Assembly: GCA_046753405.1 (NCBI GenBank)
Contig: JBHHTN010000001.1
Coordinates: 1-32,447, forward strand
DNA: 32,447 bases
Reading direction: 5' to 3'
Source: Candidatus Micrarchaeia archaeon
GTDB lineage: Archaea; Micrarchaeota; Micrarchaeia; Norongarragalinales; CAINOH01
In this document: positions 8,287 through 17,526 of the stretch, one piece after another
Position numbering within the stretch: position 1 is the stretch's first letter
How the letters are laid out: every line of letters begins with the position of its first letter
Notes under the pieces: generated by a model
Databases searched by the model: none
The model's input: the letters and a program-made list of their open reading frames with translations, nothing else
What the model was told of the DNA's origin: nothing
Made by a program: the position numbers and the translations under genes

Positions 8287-9348
8287 TCAGAGCGAGAAAG
8301 TGTTTCCGTTGTAAGATATTTCCACGCCGGCCTTTTTCGCGGTAGTTTTCCCGATTACCTCTGCAAAACCTTCTTGTTTTTTGTTGAAAAAATCGCACAC
8401 GCAGTCGGCGTCTTCTTTTGATACTATTAATGCAAAGCCCCAGCCCATGTTGAACGTGCGAAACAACTCCTGGTTGGAAACCTTGCTGCCTATTTTTTCC
8501 GCGGCCTTTTGAATCAGGGAAAAAATTGGCTGCGGACTAAAATTGTCAAACGAAAAGCCTACTGGAGAATACTTTGAAATGGCTTTGAATTTCATGAAGG
8601 CGTCTCCGGTTATGTGGACTGCCGCCTTCACCTCGTACTCTTTGGCGCACTGCAAAAAGTCTTTGGCGTATATTTCAGTAGGAGTCAACGCTTCAAAAAC
8701 CAGTTCCTGCTCCAACTCGTCAGGCTTGTCGAAAGTATCGAAAGCGCCTCCCCACTCCTTGAACAACGCCCTGCGCGCAAGGCTTATTCCGTTTGAATGA
8801 AGCCCGCTTGAACGCAGGCCGACAACTGCATCTGTCGCTTTCACGTTTTTTGCGTCAATAACGTCTTTTTTTTCTACGCGGGCGTAACAGGAGAAGTTTG
8901 CGTGGTAAGGGTTGTCGCTTATTCCGTTTATAAGAAGGGGAACGTCAGCTGTTTCTCCGCCGACAACCCGACAGCCGGCTTTCAGAGCTCCTTGTTTTAT
9001 GCCTTTTAGAATCTCGGACAACAACTCGGGCTCGGAGTGGTGAACGTCGATCGCGTTTACAACGTCAATGGGCGTGGCGCCGCACCTGATTGCGTCGTTT
9101 GCCACCATGGCAACCCCGTCGATTCCAATGGTGTCGTGTTTGTCTGCAAGTTGTGCAATCAGCACTTTGGTTCCGATGCCGTCAGTTGAAAGCAGGTAAT
9201 AACCGCCTTGTTCGTCGGGTAACAGGTTGTTGAAAGGCAGCCTGAGTGTTCCGTTTGGAAGGGTTTCAGCGAACAAATCGAATTTTTTGGCTTTTTCACG
9301 CGAGTTTCTGTTTACCCCGCTTGAAGCATAAGAAAGCTCTCTGGCCAT
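8287..9348 (-). CDS. purM: phosphoribosylformylglycinamidine cyclo-ligase (AIR synthetase)
   Basis: 353 aa. Motifs YASSGVN, STDGIGTKVLIAQ and GGETA are characteristic of PurM. Confidence 0.95.
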   Translation of the reverse strand: MARELSYASSGVNRNSREKAKKFDLFAETLPNGTLRLPFNNLLPDEQGGYYLLSTDGIGTKVLIAQLADKHDTIGIDGVAMVANDAIRCGATPIDVVNAIDVHHSEPELLSEILKGIKQGALKAGCRVVGGETADVPLLINGISDNPYHANFSCYARVEKKDVIDAKNVKATDAVVGLRSSGLHSNGISLARRALFKEWGGAFDTFDKPDELEQELVFEALTPTEIYAKDFLQCAKEYEVKAAVHITGDAFMKFKAISKYSPVGFSFDNFSPQPIFSLIQKAAEKIGSKVSNQELFRTFNMGWGFALIVSKEDADCVCDFFNKKQEGFAEVIGKTTAKKAGVEISYNGNTFSL

Positions 9349-9447
9349 TTTTTCAAAATCAACTTATACGCTTTAATATTTGCACTCTCCAAGTTTATTA
9401 TAACCATTCATCTTCTTTTTTCAAAAAAATCTAGGGGTTTTTGAAAG

Positions 9448-9912
9448 GTGGAACAAAGCACTAGAATCAAGGTTTTCTTCAAACAAAACGCCGCGGACTC
9501 TGAAGGAGAACGCGTGAAAAAAGCGGTTGAAGACGACTTGCAAATTCAACTGCAAAGCGTTAAAGTTGCAAGCGTTTACGAAGTGCGCGGGCTTGAAAAA
9601 AACGATTTTGAAGAAGTTGCAAGCAAGCTGTTCACAGACCCCTTAACGCAGGAATATGTTATTGGAACCCGAAAAGGAGAGGAATGCAACTGGGTTGTCG
9701 AAGTTTCTTTGAAAAAAGGCGTTACGGACAACGTTGCACGTACTGCCGTCATCGGAATAAAAGACGTTTTGAAAAAGGACTTGCCGTTGTCTGTGCGCGC
9801 TTTGAAGCAATACTCTTTTTCCGGTGAATTGTCCGAAGACCAAGTCAAAACAATCTGCAACGGACTTTTGGCAAACGAGCTGATTCAAAACTACAAGTAT
9901 TGGAAGTGTTGA
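9448..9912 (+). CDS. purS: tandem (duplicated) PurS-like subunit of FGAM synthase
   Basis: 154 aa, about twice the usual PurS length. Both halves follow the PurS pattern: IKVFFKQNAADSEGERV...LFTDPLTQEYVI and VVEVSLKKGVTDNVARTA...LLANELIQNYKY. Starts at GTG and sits immediately upstream of purL. Confidence 0.7.
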   Translation: MEQSTRIKVFFKQNAADSEGERVKKAVEDDLQIQLQSVKVASVYEVRGLEKNDFEEVASKLFTDPLTQEYVIGTRKGEECNWVVEVSLKKGVTDNVARTAVIGIKDVLKKDLPLSVRALKQYSFSGELSEDQVKTICNGLLANELIQNYKYWKC

Positions 9913-9916
9913 AAGG

Positions 9917-12304
9917 TTGACAAAAAGCATTTCAAAGATTAAAATTACAGGGCTAACCAACGACGAACTTGTAGGCCTAAGCAGAAAACTTCTGCTCTCG
10001 CTCAACTTGAGTGAAATGAAGGCGATTTGCAAACACTTTGAAAAACTTGAACGCGACCCGACGGACGCCGAACTTGAAACAATTGCACAGACTTGGAGCG
10101 AGCACTGCAAACACAAAGTTTTCAACTGTACCATTGATTACGAACACGAAAACAACAGGGAAACGATAAACAGCTTGTTTAAAACGTTCATAAAGGCAGC
10201 AACTGAAAAAGTCGCAGACCAAAAAAAAGGCTTTTTGGTGTCTGTTTTTTCCGACAACGCTGGAGTGGTTTCTTTCAACGAAAACTTCGACGTAGCATTC
10301 AAAGTTGAAACGCACAACCATCCAAGTGCTTTGGACCCCTTCGGAGGCGCGGGAACCGGCATAGGCGGGGTAATCCGCGACGTTCTAGGCGTTGGCCTTG
10401 GGGCAAAACCCGTTTTCAACACCGACGTCTTCTGCTTTGCACCTCCGGATGTTCCGCGCGACAAGGTTCCAAAAAGTATACTCCACCCCAAACGCATTTT
10501 CAAAGGCGTGGTAGACGGAGTAAGATCTTATGGCAACCCCATGGGCATCCCAACGATCAACGGCAGCATTCACTTCGACGAAAGATACTTGGGAAACCCC
10601 TTGGTGTACTGTGGAACAAGCGGCGTGATGCCCAAAGGAATGCATGAAAAAGGCGCGAAAGAAAATGACGCCATAGTCGTTATAGGCGGAAGAACCGGGC
10701 GCGATGGAATACACGGGGCAACGTTTTCAAGCGCGGAACTTGAAGAAACAACGTCGTCTTCAGCAGTGCAAATAGGCAACCCTATCGAAGAGAGAAAAGT
10801 ATTGGACGTGCAACTGCAAGCACGCGACAGACGGCTTTACAACTGTGTTACGGACTGCGGTGCCGGAGGCTTTTCATCTGCAGTCGGCGAAATGGCGGAA
10901 AAACTCGGGTGCGAGGTATGGCTTGAAAAAGCGCCTCTTAAGTACGCCGGGTTAAAACCGTGGGAAATCTGGGTGTCCGAAGCACAAGAAAGAATGGTTT
11001 TTTCGGTTGCGCAAGAAAAAGTCAAGGAATTCAAAGAGTTGTGCGAAAGCGAAGATGTTGAGTTTACAACAATCGGAAAATTCACGTCAAGTGGGAAGTT
11101 GCTTGTAAAATACGAAGATGAAACAGTGTGTGATTTGGACATGAAGTTTTTGCACGGCGCAGTGCCCGTCGAACAAAGAAAAGCAACGTGGAGGAAAAAA
11201 GACGAGGCAAACCCGTCAATAGAAGAACGCGACGAGTTGACAGGTGACCTTAAAAAAATTCTTTCAAACTGGGACGTTTGCAGCAAGGAATGGGTGGTGC
11301 GGCAGTACGACCACGAAGTGCAGGGAACAAGCGCGCTAAAGCCTTTGGTCGGAATAAAAAACGACGGGCCAAGTGATGCAAGCGTTGTAACGCCTGTTTT
11401 AGGCTTGAAGAAGGCAATTGGCGTGTCAAACGGAATTAACCCTCATTACGGAAAAATCGACGCGTATTGGATGGCGGCAAGTTGCATTGACGAGGCCTTG
11501 CGCAACCTTGTTGCAACGGGTTGCCCGCCTGACAAAGTGGCCATTTTAGACAATTTCTGCATGGGTTCCCCGCAAAACCCCGAAGTGTTAGGGGACTTGG
11601 TGCGCGCGTGCAAAGCCTGCTACGATTTTGCAACAGTGTTTGAAACGCCTTTCATCTCCGGAAAAGACAGTTTCTACAACGAGTACAAGCTTGGAGACGA
11701 TACTATTTCCATTCCGCCGACTCTGCTTATATCCGCAATCGGAGTGTTTCCAAACGCGGAAAAAACAGTAAGCATGGACGCAAAACAAGCGGGAAACTCA
11801 ATTTACGTTCTTGGTGAAACCTTTGACGAAATGGGCGGCTCCCAATATTACCTGACACGAAAAGTCAGCGGTGGGAAGGTGCCGCGGGTGAATGCAAAAA
11901 AAGCCAAGGCCTTGTTTGAAGCATTGCATTTGGCTGTTTCGTCCGGTCTTGTTGCCTCATGCCACGACTGTTCCGACGGGGGCTTAGGAGTTGCTTTTTC
12001 TGAAATGAGTTTTGCAGGAGAACTTGGAATGAACGTTGACTTATCGAAAGTTCCCAAAGGAGAAGAAATTTCACGAAACGACACTGTTTTGTTCTCGGAG
12101 TCTAATTCCCGTTTTGTAGTTGAAGTTGAAATAGGAAAGGAAAAAGAGTTTGAAAACGCTTTGAAAGGAAACGCTTTTGCAAAAGTAGGGCAATTGACAG
12201 AAAATGAAGACTTCAAAGTAACCGGTTTGAGGGGAGAAACAGTTGTGCGAACAAAAAACGCGGAATTAAAACAAGAATGGCAAAAGCCGATGAAAAAGTG
12301 GTAG
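9917..12304 (+). CDS. purL: phosphoribosylformylglycinamidine synthase subunit PurL
   Basis: 795 aa. Carries TWSEHCKHKVF and ETHNHPSALDPFGGAGTGIGGVIRD, in a duplicated PurM-like fold. Starts at TTG, 4 nt after the purS stop. Confidence 0.95.
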   Translation: MTKSISKIKITGLTNDELVGLSRKLLLSLNLSEMKAICKHFEKLERDPTDAELETIAQTWSEHCKHKVFNCTIDYEHENNRETINSLFKTFIKAATEKVADQKKGFLVSVFSDNAGVVSFNENFDVAFKVETHNHPSALDPFGGAGTGIGGVIRDVLGVGLGAKPVFNTDVFCFAPPDVPRDKVPKSILHPKRIFKGVVDGVRSYGNPMGIPTINGSIHFDERYLGNPLVYCGTSGVMPKGMHEKGAKENDAIVVIGGRTGRDGIHGATFSSAELEETTSSSAVQIGNPIEERKVLDVQLQARDRRLYNCVTDCGAGGFSSAVGEMAEKLGCEVWLEKAPLKYAGLKPWEIWVSEAQERMVFSVAQEKVKEFKELCESEDVEFTTIGKFTSSGKLLVKYEDETVCDLDMKFLHGAVPVEQRKATWRKKDEANPSIEERDELTGDLKKILSNWDVCSKEWVVRQYDHEVQGTSALKPLVGIKNDGPSDASVVTPVLGLKKAIGVSNGINPHYGKIDAYWMAASCIDEALRNLVATGCPPDKVAILDNFCMGSPQNPEVLGDLVRACKACYDFATVFETPFISGKDSFYNEYKLGDDTISIPPTLLISAIGVFPNAEKTVSMDAKQAGNSIYVLGETFDEMGGSQYYLTRKVSGGKVPRVNAKKAKALFEALHLAVSSGLVASCHDCSDGGLGVAFSEMSFAGELGMNVDLSKVPKGEEISRNDTVLFSESNSRFVVEVEIGKEKEFENALKGNAFAKVGQLTENEDFKVTGLRGETVVRTKNAELKQEWQKPMKKW

Positions 12305-12307
12305 AAA

Positions 12308-13093
12308 ATGAGCAAGGCAAAAGTTTTGGTGTTGAAAAGCCCTGGAACGAACTGCGATGTTGAAACCGCCTTTGCATTTGAACAGCAAGGGACGCAAGTT
12401 GAAAAACTGCATGTTAACAACCTGATAAAAAACCCCGCAAAGATTGGCGAATTTCAAATACTGGCCGTGCCGGGCGGTTTTTCCTTCGGCGACGACATTG
12501 CAAGCGGCAAGGTTTTGGCAAACAAGCTGTCTTTTTCTCTGGAAGAGCAAATGAAAAACTTCATTGAAGAAGACAAACTCGTGCTTGGCATTTGCAACGG
12601 CTTCCAAGTGCTTGTAAAGGCGCGGCTGCTTCCGGGTTTTGAAGCAATTGACTTGACACAGCAAGCCACCCTCACCTACAACGATTCAGGTAAGTTTGAA
12701 GACCGCTGGGTGAGGCTCAAAAAGGTCTCCGACAACTGCATTTTCACAAAAGGAATAGATTTTTTGGACGTTCCGATTCGCCACGGGGAAGGGAAATTTG
12801 TATCAGGCCAAAGAGCTCTTGCAAAACTTAAGGAAAACAATCAAATAGCCTTCAAATACGTTGGTGAAAAAAACGAGGAAAACCCTGCGTATCCCTTCAA
12901 CCCCAACGGGTCGGTTGACGGAATTGCCGGAATTTGCAATATTCAAGGCAATGTTCTGGGTTTGATGCCTCACCCCGAGGCTTTTCTTTTCGCCCACAAC
13001 CACCCGCGCTTTTTGCGAAAAGAAGCAACTCAAGGCGCTGGTGCAAAAATCTTTGAAAACGCGGCGAGGTTTGCCGAAGAAGCATTGGTTTGA
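12308..13093 (+). CDS. purQ: phosphoribosylformylglycinamidine synthase glutaminase subunit PurQ
   Basis: 261 aa class I amidotransferase with the nucleophile elbow LGICNGFQVL, then HGEGKF and MPHPE. Confidence 0.95.
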   Translation: MSKAKVLVLKSPGTNCDVETAFAFEQQGTQVEKLHVNNLIKNPAKIGEFQILAVPGGFSFGDDIASGKVLANKLSFSLEEQMKNFIEEDKLVLGICNGFQVLVKARLLPGFEAIDLTQQATLTYNDSGKFEDRWVRLKKVSDNCIFTKGIDFLDVPIRHGEGKFVSGQRALAKLKENNQIAFKYVGEKNEENPAYPFNPNGSVDGIAGICNIQGNVLGLMPHPEAFLFAHNHPRFLRKEATQGAGAKIFENAARFAEEALV

Positions 13094-13134
13094 AAACCAA
13101 AGCGTTTTTTAGCATCGGAGAAGTTGTAAAACTC

Positions 13135-13800
13135 ATGGCGTTAAAAATTGACTTCAAGTCGTTGAACTTTTTCAGGCCTCGAAAAAGGCCGGTCCATGAA
13201 ATGAAGTGGCCTCTTCCGGAAGAAAAGAGGACCGTGCCGATTCAAGACCCTGAAAAAATCATTGGAAAATTGAGAAAACTAGCGTTGTTTACAAGCGGAG
13301 GACAGTTTTTAGACGTTGTGCACGCCAAGCAGTACGGCAACGGAGTAATGGCGTACTTCATCATTCGAACAGACAAGAGAACCGAAAAAGAAAAAGTGTT
13401 TTTTGAAGGTTGGATGCTGCAGGAATCCGAAAAACTGGGAATGGACGTTGCAATAGGCCCCGAGTTGATGGAAAACTTGGAAAAACTGGGTTACAAACAA
13501 GCCTTTCCCCGGGAAGAAACGCTTTGGCAGTTCAAGCACGCTGCTTTGTCAATAAACGTTTATGAAATAACCAACTTCGGCGCTTTTTTGGAAATCAGCA
13601 TTCCCCAAACCAAGCTGGACAAGACTAGAAAGCACGATGAAAAAGTCGCCGACAAACTGTTGGAACACTTGAAAGTGAAAACGGAAGAAGTTTTGCCAAC
13701 CGACGTTACCAGCCTGCAGCTTGCGGCAATGCTTCAAATGCAACAAGGGCAAAAACAACAAGGAGAAAACTTCAAGTTAGGGGAGGAAACCGGCCAATAA
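13135..13800 (+). CDS. divergent CYTH-like (CyaB/triphosphatase-fold) protein
   Basis: The C-terminal half (NLEKLGYKQAFPREETLWQFKHAALSINVYEITNFGAFLEISIP...EKVADKLLEHLKV) follows the CYTH pattern (..V.lD.VeglG.FvEIE..). The N-terminus MALKIDFK occupies the place of the E.E.K motif. I prefer ATG 13135 (GGAG at 13117-13120) to the TTG at 13090. Confidence 0.4.
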   Translation: MALKIDFKSLNFFRPRKRPVHEMKWPLPEEKRTVPIQDPEKIIGKLRKLALFTSGGQFLDVVHAKQYGNGVMAYFIIRTDKRTEKEKVFFEGWMLQESEKLGMDVAIGPELMENLEKLGYKQAFPREETLWQFKHAALSINVYEITNFGAFLEISIPQTKLDKTRKHDEKVADKLLEHLKVKTEEVLPTDVTSLQLAAMLQMQQGQKQQGENFKLGEETGQ

Positions 13801-13818
13801 CAGTTGTGCCGCGAATTA

Positions 13819-13839
13819 TTTTTTTTTTGAAAAAAAAAA
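13819..13839. terminator. T10-GA-A9 palindromic oligo-T/oligo-A tract (bidirectional oligo-T terminator candidate)
   Basis: tttttttttt ga aaaaaaaaa lies between the convergent CYTH-like gene (+) and the acidic mini-ORF (-). Each strand presents an oligo-T run, the archaeal termination signal. Confidence 0.4.
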
Positions 13840-13902
13840 GTTAAACTGACCATTGAACTTGAAGTAAACTCCTTAAGTTTGCAGTAAAAAGTAGCCTTGG
13901 AG

Positions 13903-14010
13903 TTAGTCTTCGTCGTCTAGTTCTTCTTCATCCCAATCTTCATCTTCGTCTTCCCAGTCTTCTTCTTCGTAATCGTCGTCTTTTGAAACACGCATAGGAA
14001 CAATGCTCAT
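13903..14010 (-). CDS. 35-aa hyper-acidic Trp-containing miniprotein (unlisted small ORF)
   Basis: The minus strand reads ATG...TAA as MSIVPMRVSKDDDYEEEDWEDEDEDWDEEELDDED. A strong AGGAGGTGA lies 10 nt upstream of the ATG, and TTTTAAAA about 45 nt upstream. A T9 run at 13831-13839 lies downstream on the minus strand. Confidence 0.45.
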   Translation of the reverse strand: MSIVPMRVSKDDDYEEEDWEDEDEDWDEEELDDED

Positions 14011-14085
14011 AAGGCGGGCTTTCACCTCCTAAACAAATCGCATTTACATAGAGCGAAAATGCTTTTAAAACCATTCTTTAGTCGT

Positions 14086-14625
14086 TCAAGGCACTTTGGG
14101 GAAAATTTTTTTGTCCAAAACCGCGTTGGAAAAGTCGACGGCATCGCTTTCGCCTTTTTGGATTCTTTGCAAAACGATTTTTGCAGAAAAAGGCTTTGAA
14201 AAATTTATTTGAACTATTTTGGTTTTCGGGTAATTGCTTTCGGTTTTAAGAAGGCAGTAGTCCAACGCTTCTGCAAGCAAGTTTTCCTTAATCTTCTTTT
14301 TTGGGTACTTGCGCGCGTTCATTCTTCTTTTCAAGACGGACGGCTCTGCCCTTAACACGAGCACCGCGTCGGAGGGAATGAAAAACTCGCATGCAAGATG
14401 ACCCTCTGCGACAAAGCTGTTTTTTTTTAAAAGCTCTTTTTTCAAGTATTTCCCAAGCTTGTCGACGTTCACTAATTTTTCGCGAACTCCTTTTTGCTTG
14501 GAGTAAAACTTGCGTTTTAAAGCCACTTTGTTCAAGTCAATTAGTTCGGCGTTTAAAAGCCTTGAAATCTTTTTTGCCAAAACGGTTTTTCCGCTTCCCG
14601 GACTTCCGGTAATTACGAGTTTCAT
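14086..14625 (-). CDS. Fap7/AK6-type putative adenylate kinase (ribosome-biogenesis NTPase)
   Basis: MKLVITGSPGSGKTVLAKK is a P-loop. The roughly 179-aa size and layout match archaeal COG1936-type kinases. ATG 14625 overlaps the aCPSF1 stop as ATGA, so the 28-aa upstream extension in the ORF track is probably not translated. Confidence 0.8.
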   Translation of the reverse strand: MKLVITGSPGSGKTVLAKKISRLLNAELIDLNKVALKRKFYSKQKGVREKLVNVDKLGKYLKKELLKKNSFVAEGHLACEFFIPSDAVLVLRAEPSVLKRRMNARKYPKKKIKENLLAEALDYCLLKTESNYPKTKIVQINFSKPFSAKIVLQRIQKGESDAVDFSNAVLDKKIFPKVP

Positions 14626-16559
14626 TTCAGTCGAACCGTGTCCAGGTTCATTGGAACGCGCGTTTCCACCCGCATCATGCGGTTTACCGTCCGTGCCAGG
14701 TCGTCGCACTTGTTTTCGTCGCCGTGCATCATGAAAACGCGGGACGGCTTCGGCCTCAAATTTTTTACGAATGACAACAACTGTGAACGGTCGCTGTGGC
14801 CTGAAAAGCCGTCTGCAGTGTGCACGCTAAGGTTAATTTTCACCGAGTCAACCTTGTTGGCAGCATTCAACACCGGCACTTCACGGTGGCCGTTTTGAAT
14901 CTTTCTCCCAAGAGAGGTTGCCGCCTGATAACCCACAAAAATAAGAGAGTTTTTGGGGTCCTCGGCCATCATTCTCAAAAACTCGACGGACGGCCCGCCG
15001 GAAAGCATTCCTGAAGGCGCCATGATAACGCAGGGGTCGCCTTCCTCGGCAATGCTTTTTCGCTCGTCCGAAGTTGTTACGTTGGAGAACATGGGTTTGT
15101 CAAACGGGGAATCATTTTGCAAAACGCGGCGTTGAATGTTTCTTCGCAAATACTCGGGGTAAACAGTATGAATGGCGGAGGCCTCCTTGCTCATGCCATC
15201 CAAGTAAATCGGAATGCCCTTGTCACGCAAGTGTTCTTCAAGCACAAGCATTATTTCCTGCGCGCGTCCTACTGAAATAACCGGAATCAGCACTTTTCCC
15301 CTGCGCCGTATTGTCTCCATTACCGTGTTTATGATTTTTCCCTCGGCGTCCTCCAACTTCGGCTTGACGTCTTCTTTTCCTCCGTACGTGCTTTCCATAA
15401 GCAACGTGTCCACTCTTGGAAAACGCAAGTCTGCCGAATCAAAAAGCCTTGTTCTTCCGAATTTTATGTCGCCTGTGTAAACAAGGTTGTGCAAGCCCTC
15501 GCCTATGTGCAAGTGCACCATGCTGCTTCCAAGAATGTGGCCCGCGTTGTAAAAAGTGAACCTGATTTCGGGGGTGACGTCCGTAACTTCGCCGTAGTCC
15601 CGCGTGATAACCCTGGAAAGCTCTTTTTTAACGTCTCGCTCGCCGTAAGGCGACTTTTTGCCCTCGCTGTTCAACACGTTTATGCTGTCTTGCTGAAGCA
15701 AGACCATCAAATCGCGAGTCGGGGGAGTGCAGTACACCGGCCCGTCGTACCCGTACTTGTAAAGATAAGGCACGAATCCCGAGTGGTCCAAGTGCGCATG
15801 AGTAATTATCACCGCGTCAATTTGTTCCAAGGCAAGGTTCATTGCACTCAGATAAGGATAAGCCCTTGCCGGTTCGGACGTGTCAACGTTGAGCCCGCAG
15901 TCAACCAAAACATTGCTGTTGGGAGTTTGAAGCAGCATGCATGAGCGGCCGACTTCCTTAAAGCCCCCTAACGCGGTTATTTTGACCCAATCGCAATTCT
16001 TGCTGGGCTCAAGCATTTTCTTTCCCAAGCCAAGCAAAAACTTTCTGCGTTCGCCTGATGACTTCACAAGAGCGTTTCGAATTGCGCGTTCAACTTCGGA
16101 AGGTGAGGTGGGCGAGCGTAAAACTTTAGGGCTCCAACCCGTGTTAAGCATTATTGCCTTCAAAACCACGCCGCCTTTGCCGATTACAAGCCCTGGTTTC
16201 AAGGCTTCAACGTTCACTTCGTTGAACGCGGGGTCAAAAATGATGTTTTGCACTCCCGCGTCAACTGGAATCAAACCCTTTATTTGCGCCAACGCCTGCT
16301 CTTGCGGCATCAAAGAAGACGAGTCGCTCCTCAAAACTATTTTTTTGCGGATCTTTGCGGCAATTTTAGTAATCAAATTGGAGTCTTTGTAGAACTCGTT
16401 GATGCTCTTCAAGTACAAGACCACTTGCGGGCCTTCGATTTCAACTTTGGTCAACCCGCAAGGCGCAGGCAAAACCGAGGAAATGGTTTCGTGCAGTTCC
16501 TTCAAGCCGTTGTTATTAGAATACAAAACGTTTTTCCACCCAAAAAAAATCTTCGTCAC
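14622..16559 (-). CDS. aCPSF1/FttA beta-CASP ribonuclease with N-terminal KH domains
   Basis: 645 aa. Has an N-terminal KH-like region (LVIGKGGVVLK), a metallo-beta-lactamase motif (ITHAHLDHSGFVPYL) and beta-CASP and C-terminal His motifs. Starts at GTG. Confidence 0.95.
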   Translation of the reverse strand: MTKIFFGWKNVLYSNNNGLKELHETISSVLPAPCGLTKVEIEGPQVVLYLKSINEFYKDSNLITKIAAKIRKKIVLRSDSSSLMPQEQALAQIKGLIPVDAGVQNIIFDPAFNEVNVEALKPGLVIGKGGVVLKAIMLNTGWSPKVLRSPTSPSEVERAIRNALVKSSGERRKFLLGLGKKMLEPSKNCDWVKITALGGFKEVGRSCMLLQTPNSNVLVDCGLNVDTSEPARAYPYLSAMNLALEQIDAVIITHAHLDHSGFVPYLYKYGYDGPVYCTPPTRDLMVLLQQDSINVLNSEGKKSPYGERDVKKELSRVITRDYGEVTDVTPEIRFTFYNAGHILGSSMVHLHIGEGLHNLVYTGDIKFGRTRLFDSADLRFPRVDTLLMESTYGGKEDVKPKLEDAEGKIINTVMETIRRRGKVLIPVISVGRAQEIMLVLEEHLRDKGIPIYLDGMSKEASAIHTVYPEYLRRNIQRRVLQNDSPFDKPMFSNVTTSDERKSIAEEGDPCVIMAPSGMLSGGPSVEFLRMMAEDPKNSLIFVGYQAATSLGRKIQNGHREVPVLNAANKVDSVKINLSVHTADGFSGHSDRSQLLSFVKNLRPKPSRVFMMHGDENKCDDLARTVNRMMRVETRVPMNLDTVRLK

Positions 16560-16707
16560 AAAAAAGTGTTTGTTAACCCCAAAGTTAAAAGTTGAAATTA
16601 ATCCGACTAGTTCCCTTGGAAAAAAATGATTTATTGCAATTCGATGGGAGTTTTTTTCAAAACTTGCAACCCCTTCTTAAAGAAAAAAAATGAAAACGTT
16701 GTTTGTC

Positions 16708-17331
16708 TTAGCTGTTTATTTTTTGGTCCACCTGGTCTTTTGGAACCCGTTTAAGTCCGTTTTGGGTTATTGCCACCAAGTCTATGCCTTCGCCTGTAGC
16801 GTTGTCCCGCTTCATTGCAGCGTTTACCGCTTTTGCCGCAAGCCTCAAGGCGTCTTCCTCGTTCATTGACTTTTTGAAGTGCTCGTCCAAAACACCGTAG
16901 GCAACAACGCTTCCAGAACCAGTTGAAACGTAGTTTTCCTCCAACAAGCCTCCAAATGGGTCTAAATCGAAAAGCCTTGGTTTAGAGTCAACGCCTGCCA
17001 CGATTATTTGAACCAGGTACGGAAAAAACTTGTTTCCCTGCAAAACGTTTGCAAGCAGTGTGGAGGCTCCTTGAACGGTGAGTTCTCTTCCGCGGGAGTA
17101 CTTGTACAACTCCGCCTCGGCCTTTAAAACACGGGCAAGTTGCTGGGCGTCCCCCACGCTTCCTGCCATAGTCAAGGCAAGGCGATCGGAAACCGGTTGA
17201 ATTTTTTCAACGTCTTTAGCGGCAATGAAAGTGCCCATTGTAGCGCGTTTGTCTGCTGCAAGAACCACTCCGTTATCGAAAACGATTCCAACGGTAGTGG
17301 TTCCCTTCATAATTTTTTTTTCGTCGGTCAT
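16708..17331 (-). CDS. psmB: proteasome subunit beta
   Basis: 207 aa. A short propeptide precedes the Thr1 nucleophile (MKG|TTTVGIVFDNGVVLAADKRAT), in an Ntn-hydrolase fold pattern. Confidence 0.95.
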   Translation of the reverse strand: MTDEKKIMKGTTTVGIVFDNGVVLAADKRATMGTFIAAKDVEKIQPVSDRLALTMAGSVGDAQQLARVLKAEAELYKYSRGRELTVQGASTLLANVLQGNKFFPYLVQIIVAGVDSKPRLFDLDPFGGLLEENYVSTGSGSVVAYGVLDEHFKKSMNEEDALRLAAKAVNAAMKRDNATGEGIDLVAITQNGLKRVPKDQVDQKINS

Positions 17332-17526
17332 AACAATGACATCCTCTTTTTCGTTTTTGAAATAAGATTTTAAAAAAAATCACAAAAAAAAGGCGTAAAG
17401 CGGTTTTTTTCTCTTCAAAAACACACTGCAAGTACAACGTTCAAATTAAGCGAAAAAAACAGGTGTTTTTTTTCAAAACCAGATTGCCTTATCCAACCTT
17501 ATGCATAAAAGACTTTTTAAGGCTTT

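Noticed and set aside
9441-9931. A shared TTGAAAGGT[G/T]G motif immediately spanning the non-ATG starts of purS (9441-9451) and purL (9909-9919).
   Set aside because: Only about 9-11 nt are identical and purine-rich, and in one case it overlaps a stop codon. This is most likely coincidence or generic RBS-like sequence rather than a specific regulatory element.
14626-14709. A 28-codon N-terminal extension of the Fap7-like ORF (MRRPGTDGKPHDAGGN...).
   Set aside because: It overlaps the conserved C-terminus of aCPSF1 in another frame. The kinase P-loop begins right after ATG 14625, which forms an ATGA overlap with the aCPSF1 stop.
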